DNA of 64,000 bases. It comes from Camelus ferus. Taxonomy: Eukaryota. The notes under the pieces are model-generated. The model had not been told where the DNA came from. It ran no database searches and saw only the letters and a list, made by a program, of their open reading frames with translations. Made by a program: the position numbers and the translations under genes. Positions within the stretch are counted from its first letter, which is position 1. The number at the start of each line of letters is the position of its first letter. Shown here piece after piece: positions 13,501 to 23,750 of this stretch. The DNA lies in the NCBI RefSeq assembly GCF_009834535.1, contig NC_045704.1, positions 40,176,001 through 40,240,000 of the forward strand, written 5' to 3'.

Positions 13501-15014
13501 TTTTGTGAGGACCTCTTTACTTGTATGTTTCCCTAACGTGGGTTACAGAATTTGAGGAAGATACAACAGATACACATTAAGGTTCTTCTTCTTTTTTTTT
13601 TTTTTTTCGGTTGTTTCTTTGCTTGTTTTTGACATGGATATAGAATCTTAATGCAAGCAAAGCAGCTGCACAGAGCTGGGAATATAGACTGTATCTCTTT
13701 GTAGTGTTTGTTGCCCCTCACATTACCCAACACACCATAACACTTGGGATTGAGAGACAGAGAGGCTTAACATTTAAGAAAATTTAATGAACCTACACAA
13801 ACATTCTTAATAGTTAATACTTCAAATTAAGGGAATGGATAAATACACTGGTTTTTCCTGTTGTTTGAAATACATGTACCATCACACATGGGAAAATAGA
13901 GAGAGTGCTGGAAAGAACTGTTTAAAGAGTACAAAGATTCTTAGCAATGACCCTAAGAAGTGAAGGTTTTAAATGCCATGTCTCCCACATATTAGCCTTT
14001 GATTTTGGGGGTAAACTACTTAAACTTTCTAACCTTGCAAAATATAGATTAAAATAACTACCTCAAAGGGCAGCTGAAGACCTTGTACATAAAATATATC
14101 ACAAAAAGGTTTATTGTGAAAGGAATATTATACTGGAGAGAACAAGGAGCAATATACTTACCTGTATAACAGTTTCTCATTTCTTGTGAATAGGTATTGA
14201 AACAAAAGAATATATCTAGTCTAGTTATATTTTTTTTTCTCAGAAGCTTTGCAAAAACAACTCAGTATCATTTCCAGATTGGTTAATTGGTAACAGGGAG
14301 AAATCAAGGGGGGCCACTGTTGGGCTGAATTTTCACAAAGGTTTGCTCTGTTTCAACCACCAGGCTCTAAATCAGGGCACAGCATATACTTAAAAACAAG
14401 ACATTCAAAGCTGAGAGTTGCATTCTTCCTTCAGAGAAGTTATGAAGTAACCCAGAGTATGTAATTGAAAAAGGTCTTCTACTTTTTAAACCTGAGAACC
14501 TCAACACTATTCAACAACTCACTGATAAATTGTCAAAACAGTCAAATTGAACTCCTGATAATTATGGTGGGAGATGAGGAAGGGCTTTGGGTATATAGCT
14601 TATTGTGAATGTTCTCAAAATCATACTGCTATTTTTATTCTTAGCAGCAGAGTGCTTTTCACTAGAAATCATATACAGGAATCTAATTTTCATAACAGAG
14701 AAAATGGAAGCGTCAAATAAGTGAAACAAGAGCTTCTTTCTCCCAGTTCTCTTGAATTCCCCCCCCCACCTCCTCCTGAATCCCATACACCAAGGATCCC
14801 TGAAGTTCCTTCTCTGACCAACAGGACACCTCAGAACACAGTTTGGAAACTTCTAGTATGTTGGGAGAAGCAGGACTTTCAGAGTCACAGAGATTAGGAG
14901 TCTAATCTTGCCATGATCATACCTTATATGAGTGTCTTTTTCTCTCAGTTTTCTTCTATATAGGATGTTGAATGATACAGTTTTTACACAATTGTTACAA
15001 TAACTGAATGATCA

Positions 15015-15260
15015 CAATAATGCCAGCCAACATACACTGAGTGTTTACTACGTGTCAAGAATCGATGTACTTTCCATGCATCATGTGCTTTAATCTTTGC
15101 AAAAACCTCTGTGAGGTAAGTACTTTATTATCTTTTGCTCACTTTCTGTTTGCTTCACTAGATCTTCCTTTTCTTGCCATTCTTTAGAGAACATGCCAAG
15201 GTAACACGGTGTTTGCCGAATTCAGGGTTTAAACCAGGGCAGTCCATCTCCAGATTCCTC
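15015..15260 (-). mobile_element. MIR
   Basis: cactgagtgtttactacgtgtcaag...tttaatctttgcaaaaacctctgtgaggtaagtactttatt. Confidence 0.8.
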
Positions 15261-15619
15261 ACTGCTAGCCATTAGCCTCTCTGTTTATACTGAGTGATGC
15301 ATATACAGAGCCCACCATCTGGGACATTCTCAGTAAGTCAAAATTCTCTCAACATCAATTTTATGCCACATAAAATATGGCAGTTAGTCATAATTGTCAT
15401 ATCATTGTTATTATTGACATAACATCAAAAAGGCACATATTTAAATATCCTAGTTCAATGTCATGTGTCAAAAACCTTTGAGTGCTGATGAAATTATATT
15501 TGATGTTGAAATTGTGTTAACTGCACTAAAGTTCTACATTTTAATTCACTTTTAGGAATTTCTCCACTTTGTAAAGAGTCCATTCCTGTTCTTACAAAGT
15601 CCAAAACAAGAAATTTATA

Positions 15620-15990
15620 ATGATGCCTTATGATAAATACAGTTAATATCCATCAGTCCTCAATGTATTTAGCCTCTCCACAGTCTCAGTGTCAAGCAGA
15701 CTATTCGTTTCTGCCCTTTGTATACCACGTTTCCAATTTCCCTCCTGTATCCCTGCCTTCTCCACTTCTGATTCCTTTCCAGATCATCTCCTCACACACA
15801 TCCTTTAAATGTTTGCCTTTCACAGAGTTCAGTGTGATTCCTCCTTTCAATTTCACTCTCTAAAACTCTTATTCAAGCTGGTGTCATCAAATAGCATCCA
15901 TACACCCACTGATTAGTGTAGCCCAGATCTCACCACTGAGGTCCAAAGGCATTGAGTCCAATTGACTAGCTCTCCCTAAAATGGGATGGA
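15620..15990 (+). mobile_element. L2 fragment
   Basis: Pyrimidine-rich L2-like sequence ending agcccagatctcaccactgaggtccaa. Confidence 0.55.
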
Positions 15991-16320
15991 CAGAACACAC
16001 TGCACAGTGTGCATGGTGGCCACAGTAGTGTCACTTAAGTGCATGGGGCTGGAGACGCTGAAAAAGGTTTATTGGGAAAATGAATACAGGGAGATATTCT
16101 ATTTGAGATGAAGCTGGGAGAACTTTTGTTGCTTTTTTCCTTTCCTCTCTTTTCTTTTTCAGTGTCTCCTCTTATCTAATTCCAATGACTCAACTTGACA
16201 TCCCTTCTCTTACATGACTTCAGACAAGCCAGAAATTAGTAATCTACACACTACCTGCTATTTTTCTATGTTTAATTTCTCTCCTTCCTTTTGAGGTTGT
16301 GAAGGTAGGCAGTGCTTCTA

Positions 16321-16765
16321 TTTTTTTTAAGAGCTAATATTTTATTTCCTATGTTTATTTATATTCCTATGTTCAAAAAAAGGCATTTTTGACTTTGACA
16401 AAAGTCTAGCAGAAGAGTTCAGCAGGACAATGTACACGACCCAATTTTTATTGTAGTAAAATGTGGAGAGAGACACGTGGAAGCAGTGGGCTTCTCTGGC
16501 GAACACAGCCGTCATTCGCACCAGTTCCAAGGCTTCTTCCATGATGATCCGATCCACTGGTATCACCAGCATTCCAGCACTGTTCTGTTGCCCACTAGTT
16601 GCCATCTCCACACATTCACGTATCACAAGATTCATAAAGTAATAAAATCCCTGCAATATTCCTTGGACATGTCTGCCACCATTTAATTTCAGTGATAAGA
16701 TCTTGTCCATAGATATCTTTCACCTCAATGTCCACTTGGCGAACTCGAAGATGCCTCCCCATGGA
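16321..16765 (-). pseudogene. SNRPG: Processed pseudogene (retrocopy) of small nuclear ribonucleoprotein polypeptide G (SmG)
   Basis: ORF 16710-16342 begins [64 protein letters not shown], matching SmG Met13-Val76 as recalled (about 50/64 identical). Intronless, UTR-like flanks, minus-strand AATAAA at 16341-16346 and 16354-16359, poly(A) remnant as T8 at 16321-16328. Confidence 0.95.
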
Positions 16766-19224
16766 GGCAGCGATCCATAAAGCCACTTCTGCAGCCTTAG
16801 AAACTCAGCACAGTCACACATTCCTGCCTCCTTTTCTGACTTGTCACGGTTCACTCTATTCACCCCTAAACCTCATCCCCAGATTTCAGCCCAGCCTGAC
16901 TTGGCCCTTTGGAAAGAGTGTCTACTTCTAAAACTGATCCAAGCTGAGTTACAAGAGAGCCTTTCTTTTTTCCACTTTTAAGACTCGAGCATTTAAAGAC
17001 AATATTCAAAGTCATATACTTTCATGCATGTCCCTTCATGGACAAAAATCTTCCTCGACATCCTTTTCCCTCCAAAGCAATGGATCTTTAAGTCTCAGTT
17101 CCTCCCTGCCTCCACCCCTCCCCACCCCAGAACCCATTCATTTCATTGCTTTGACTTCAAGCTGAGTTCAGAACTGGATGTGATATTTGCTTTCATTTTT
17201 ATGACCCAAACTAGATGATTCAATACAAAAGCATTTCACAAAGAGCTCATCACAAGGCACCCTAAGTTGTCCCTCGGGAGATGGATGTCACCTGGTAGCC
17301 AGGACACATCCCTACACTTAATATTGTTCATTGCTGCCATCAGGAAGAGTACGTCCTTCAAATTTGCCAAATCACAGGCTTGCAGGACAATTCTTCAAAG
17401 CAGCCGATGGCTCATCTCTGCCATCGGTATTAAGAGTGAGGGTAAGTGGCAGAGACAGGTACAGTTGGAAGAGACAGGCTTAGAAATATGTCACAAAAGC
17501 TTTGGTGGGTAAAAGGGGGGTGAGGGAGTCTTATGTACATGACAGTCTCAAATGCCAGAAAAACCAGCCAACAATCACCAGGGAGAGGAAAGGTACAAAT
17601 CACTATGACTCAATTCGTGCTAATTGAAGGTGCTCTTCCTGCAAAAGGCATGATCCTAAACTAATTATATTCAAATGGCACTTAGCAATACCAGATGGAT
17701 TTCTAGTAATTTTTCCAGCCCTTTGAAATAACATAACCACATAAAAATACAATATGCTCTTTTCCATGAAGTTACACAGAGATTTTGGTATCATAGGTAC
17801 CTCTTAATGTTATACAGTTAATGAGAAAATGAGCCCTGGCTGCAATGCCACATGTTCCTTTGTTCCTAATCAACACTGACATTAGTGCTCAATTAACAAT
17901 GACACATAATAATCATACGAGTCTTTGCTCTGATTCCAACCCAGGATGGCTGGACCATAAGGGGACCTCCCTGAGTGATCAGATCAAAGCCCCTCTGTGG
18001 TGTGTTTTCTCAAAGCAAGGCAGAGACAAATTAATCATATCTATCTAATTTTAAGTAGCATGGTTGAAGAACCACTGGGGAAAAGTCATAGCAGGGGCAT
18101 GGAGAAAGCCAGCATCTAAACAGGTTCATGTCACAAAAGAGACAGGGTCTGATGCCTGGCAATATCTGTTTGCAGTTTTTTGCTTTAGAGGTTTTTTCTC
18201 ACAGATATTTAAAATTAAACCGGTGCTTTTCTTTTTTAATAAGAAATATAAAAAGCGCTTTTGGTCATGATGCACAGCACATTAAATACAATTACATCAA
18301 TATATCTTTCTCTGCCTCTTTATGCAGTTTAAGAAAAAATTTTTTTTCTTCCCAGTCTCCTTTGGGGAGCTCTTAGAGAGCAACTTTTGCTAATAATTAA
18401 TAATGGGAGGTTTCTCCTGAGGAAATCGTTCGGAATCGTTATGTTGCTCTAATAAATCGTCATTTCAGAATTCTAATCAGCAAAATTTGGATTCCAAATG
18501 TTCGGTAATTACCGTGGCCCACTGAATCAGGATTGATTAATATGCAAATGTAACTGATTCTGTCCTGAGAAGTCAACATAAAGCAATGCATATATGTAAA
18601 ACAGGATTCACGTGCTTGGGAACTTTGAGGAAAAACCAGATACTGAGATAATAAAAGCATATCTTTTGATGTGTGCATAAATTGGTTTCAAAGTTCAATT
18701 GCACTTTACTCCCTCATTAGTCTCTGTCATACCTGCTTCAAACAACTAGGCTCTTCCAACAATGTCATACAACTCTCATTCAAGTCGTATCAATGCTTAT
18801 CTGCCTGAAGCACATCAAGAGCACAATGCCACTGTCATCCAAGGAGCGCTAACAGTGTACCATTGCTTAGTAAGGAACCCCTAGCAATGCTTAGGGAGAG
18901 ATGGAAACAGAACAAACGGTACCTAGATCACAGGACAATGGCCACCTGCAAGAGCCCCAGAGGTTTAATGAACAGTGCAAACAAACTCAAGGGCAGGATG
19001 TCTAAAGTGGACAATCCTAGCCAACTGAGGTCAGATCTCAGACTCCCCTTTCTGAAAATTTCTCTTTCTTTAGTTAAGAATAGTGTCTTTTCCGGACTAT
19101 TCTTCTATTTCTAGATTCCCACGTAATACAAATTGCAAACTTTAAAATTTTATTTCCAAACATCATCTCACGGAATCCAAAAGCAGATTACTATCAGTCC
19201 TTTGCGGGATGAATAAAGCGTGCC

Positions 19225-19410
19225 AGGAGTTGCCAAATCCAGTTACACACTAGAAACACCCAGGGAGTTTATTGTGTTTGCTTATTTTGTTTGTTTGTAT
19301 CAATGCTTAAGCCCCACCCACAGAGCTTCTGATTTAATTGGTGGACGGAGCACTGGCATCTGTGTTTTAAAATCTCCACATTTTGCTTACAGGTGGAGAG
19401 AACCACTTTT
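19225..19410 (-). mobile_element. MER5A/B-like DNA transposon
   Basis: agccccacccacagagcttctgatttaattgg...ggcatctgtgttttaaaatctcc...gagaaccact. Confidence 0.8.
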
Positions 19411-19519
19411 AAGGAAACAGACTCATTTACTCTGTTTCCCAGATGTGCCCAAGACTAGGATGAAGAGGGATGAGTTTCTCACCTCTGACATAAAATAGCC
19501 AGTGCTAAAGTGAACCTCT

Positions 19520-19990
19520 ATTCATGCACCCACCCATCCATCCACCCATGTATTTATTCAGCAAATATTAACTGAATACATACCGCGTATGAAGCTCCAT
19601 TCTAGACACCTCTGCTGCAGCAGTGAGCCAAGTAGACAGGCTCCTGTCTCCAGAGAGCTCGCCATCTGGTGGGAAAGACAGAAAGTAAATGAGTCAATGA
19701 ACAAATCAATGAATCAATCAGCCAAATCAACTTCAGGAAATGGAAAGTGCTGGGAACTAAATACAACAGGTCCATGAACACAGAGAACGTCCTGAATGTA
19801 GGGCTGCTTTGGAGAAGAGCCGGGGAAGACATCTTCGCAGGATGGCATTGGAGCTGCACCTTGAATGATGAGCCGAGACTATCAAGCGGAGGACTGAGAG
19901 AAATCTTCCAGGCTAGGCATACCACTGCAAGAAGCACCACTGCAAGATAAGGTCTGGCTTAGCATATGAGCGGGACAGCTTCAGGGGTCA
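19520..19990 (-). mobile_element. L2 3' end
   Basis: catccatccacccatgtatttattcagcaaatattaactgaatac followed by reversed L2 body. Confidence 0.85.
19659..19672 (-). promoter_or_regulatory. Candidate CTCF motif
   Basis: Minus strand CCACCAGATGGCGA matches 13/14 positions of CCASYAGRKGGCRS; motif match only. Confidence 0.4.
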
Positions 19991-22900
19991 GCGAGGCTCA
20001 TGTCAGGCAGCAAAGGGGAACGTGGTAGAGACGGGACAAAGAAGCTGGAGGCCCACCAGGCAAAGTCTTTCCAGTTACAAGAAGGAGTATGAATTTTGTT
20101 CCAGTTTGTAATAGGAAACAGTTTGGGGTTGATCATCAGAATAGCTTTGAAAAGGTGTGGGAGAAAGAGACCATGAGAGGTGACTCCACGTTTCTTTATC
20201 AGCAATTTAAAAAAAATGAATGGTTATAATCTTAAGAGTTCATGTCTGAGATTTAGGTTTTTTTGTTTTTGTTTTTGTTCTTTTTTCCCAGCATCATCAG
20301 AAAGTCTTTTTTTTTTTTCTTTTTTTTTTTTGGCTTCTATGTTCCCTTCAGCAGCTCTTTTTAGACAAAAGCATGAGGGAATCCCAAGACTTGCACCAAG
20401 TAATCAGCCCCATCTTCTGAGGTCCTAATATAACTGCTTCCAGACAGACTCTTCTGTCCCCACCCCACCCATTTTGCAATATGTTCCCTTTATATTTTAA
20501 GAGAATTAAAATGAGATATTTTCCATCCTGGGAATGGTCACAAGATGACTGAGAAGCAGGACGAGAGAAAAGCAGTCATCTCAGGGGAGAGGAAGTCTCG
20601 CGGTGCTGTCAGTGCCCTCACTGTGTCTCCATGCTGGACCCCTTCCACCCTCAGGCAGCCCTGGGAGGGTAGACTTTTTTTTAATCTTCACTTTACAGAC
20701 AATTCAACAGCTACTAAGGGTGGCTGCCATATTTGAGCCCAGAGCCTAGATTCTTTTTACTCCAAAATCAAGGCCATTAACCAGTTTACCACACTTTCAT
20801 TTGCCAGTTGTTTCTGTCCACAGTTTGATACATGAAGTGCCTCCAGGAGAAGGTGGAGAGGAGAGTGCACCTCATAGACTTTGCTCCCCTCTGTTCCCGG
20901 GGCCATAGGTATCCCCTTAGTTCACAGAATCATGGAGCAGTTTGTGATGTACCTATAAGGGATCCTGGGACCCGCCGCCTCCCGTTCTACAAACAAGGAA
21001 ACTGAGTCACACAGCTTGCTACAGGCAGAATCAAATCTAGACATCAAATCTCCTCACTCTTCATCCAGTGCTCTCTGTAACACATCAGGCTGCCCTTGAC
21101 TCTCCTGGAAAAGATCTATGCTTCAGCTCAGATTTGCCCTGACCCAAGGATTGTCAGTTCTATGACTGTCTCCTTGGTTCCTGATGCCTCAGTGGGACTC
21201 CTTAACATCCATGATCCTGCTCTTCTGAACAGATTAGGATTCTCCACAACCTGCACTCTACAAGGATCTGAGATGTTCCAGGGCTCCAGACTACCCCATG
21301 TTTAGCCATAAAGAGTCAGGGGAATGATGCTAGTTAGTACTTACTTAATCTATTTATACCAGTCTTTTTCAGAGCCAGGCCTTCTTCACGTCATTATCCT
21401 CACCTGGAATGTCCTTCTCGTTTCTTTTTGAGAGAGGACTACAAAGCAATCGTGTTACCCAGGCCTCTGCATTGTTTCATGTCATATTTTCCACAGGTTT
21501 TGGACAAAGGTAATTAGTAACTGCTGTAATATGATCCACCTTTCTCCGCCTGCATGAAACACGGTTATTCATTCATGTACCAAACCATCTGTTGAGAGCC
21601 TTTTGTTTGTCAAGTACAAGGTTAGGAACTGGGAATGTTAAGAGTCATTAAGTCAATCCAAGCCCTGAGGGAGCCAAAGTCCCATGGAAAGATTAATAGA
21701 TTAACAGATAATTACAAAGAATGAGCTAATCCTCTAAAAACCTCTTGAGGACTGGGTCTGCAGTGAGCTGAAGCCTAGAAATATTTAAATCTGTAAATCA
21801 TGCTGAGGTAATTTACACTGAATTCCTCTTCTGGGTTCCGATGATGCCCTTCTGTGTGACGTTATTTTATGTGTCACTTATTTTTGCAACCTATATAATA
21901 ACAATTTGTGATGTCTTTGTATTATTTAAGTATTTTCATTTAACATGTCATATATTTATACTTCTTGTCCTGAACTATAATCCTTGAGGAGAGGTCTTAT
22001 GCCATGTATGCATGTGTGTGTGCATATCCCCTAAAAGCAACTTCAAAACTAAATATTGTAAATGTTCAATATTTTTTAATGTTTTTATTTGAAAGTACAC
22101 TACATAATTTATCAAACTGTAAACTTAAAACATTTTTTTTCAGTAATGATCTCAAATAATTACGGTTCACAGATTTAATTTCCATCTTGCAGTAACTTCA
22201 ATCTGGCTGATATTAATAGCTACAAATTTTATTTTGTCTCTTTAAAAAGTGTATCTGATAAATAGTACATGATAAATCCATTAGTTAAACTGCATTATCT
22301 TAGGATTCTGTCTCTCTTATTCCTCATCACCAGTGTAGCTTAAAATGCAATCTCCGACCCCCTGCCAAAAGTGTCAATCACAATTTAGCAACCAAATTAC
22401 AATCTGAATATAGGGATAACAATAACTTTGTTGGAAAAGTCTGGTATACAAAAGCAATGTTGCAAGAGAAAAAAAAATCTGCCTTATCTTGCTTATTCTA
22501 AAAAACTTAACAAACTTTTGGCACTGAATCTTCCCCTTTCCCACGCCAAACTCTTCTAATCTTGGTTTTACTTGCCATTACTTCTATGCCCTGAATGTTT
22601 GAAGCAATTGTTCACATGAGTCTACCAAGATAATCCTCCATAATTACTTTAGAAACAACCTATATCTGAGAAGGCAGTGTCCCTCTTTTGTCCCCCCAAA
22701 CCCATGAAATCTACCTTCTCCCTCTGGATGGTTGAGGCTCTTTGTGGAAATATCAAGGAACAGAGACATCTATTGAGGATTTAAGCTTCCACGGTTAATA
22801 GTGTGACTCTAGCCGAGACAGTGACTAGCAGTGACATCATTCAGTGATACAGATAGGAAGAGACATGCAAGATAGCATAGTCCTATGTTCCCTTGCCACA

Positions 22901-23112
22901 CAAAGGTCATTCCAAAAGAAAAACAATAGACAGGTACTCTGTGCCCAAGAAGTTCTCCAAATCATGGAGTAAATAAATACATCCCTTTTTATCCAAAACC
23001 TTGATAGAGTATGTCTCTTGCTAGATGATATAATGTTTTTAAGCCTTCTTTGCACCATTTACCATGTTATGAATCCACTGACTCCTCATGGATTGTATTT
23101 TCACTACCACCA

Positions 23113-23167
23113 ACACACACACACACACACACACACACCACACACACACACACCATACACACACACA
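23113..23167. repeat. Compound (AC)n microsatellite
   Basis: (AC)13 at 23113-23138 followed by interrupted CA runs. Confidence 0.97.
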
Positions 23168-23379
23168 TTCACTTAAGCCTCAACCACGTTCTCCATTATT
23201 TTATTAATGACGGATCAATGTGATCTCCCTTGGCAATGCAGACTGCAGTGAGGGCAGGTCAAAAACAAGAACTCTTCACGTATCTGAAGATGATTTACCC
23301 GGCTGACTATCCTTGGGATAAGAACAAGTTTTTAATTGTGTTCCACAAGCTCTTTCAGGATAGGGACCTGGTTGGTGCA

Positions 23380-23750
23380 CCCTGTTTACTTTCAGATCTC
23401 TACCAAATGACCCTTTCGTGCCTTGTGCCCTCTACACACATTAAGGAGAGTGTTATACAGGAGGAACTGTGCTTCTGTCTCGTTCCCTCTGCCTAAGAGG
23501 CCTTTCCTGTTTCTCCTTTAGATTAATCCCTTCTCTTCCATCAGCTCTCAGCTTAGATAGTGCCTCTGCTAACTCGCTCTCTGTAACCTCTTCAGGTGTT
23601 AAATGTCCCTGCTCTGAGGACCCAGAGCCTTGAACACTTACGTCCTTATTAACAAAACATAATTGTCTTTCTCCCTCACTGGACTGTGAACTAACTGGGA
23701 TAAGAACTACATCTTATTTGTGTTTATAATCTCTAGTACTCAATTCTACT
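23380..23750 (+). mobile_element. L2 3' end
   Basis: tctccctcactggactgtgaactaactgggataagaactacatcttatttgtgtttata. Confidence 0.75.

Noticed and set aside
14155-14164. ATACTTACCTG matching the U1 snRNA 5' end as a U1 gene or pseudogene
   Set aside because: The match stops after 11 nt; it is the complement of a splice donor.
15996-16011. Near-palindrome cacactg-ca-cagtgtg
   Set aside because: Chance-level length.
17404-17427. Hairpin ccgatggc-N8-gccatcgg
   Set aside because: 8-bp stems are expected several times by chance in 64 kb; too short for a pre-miRNA.
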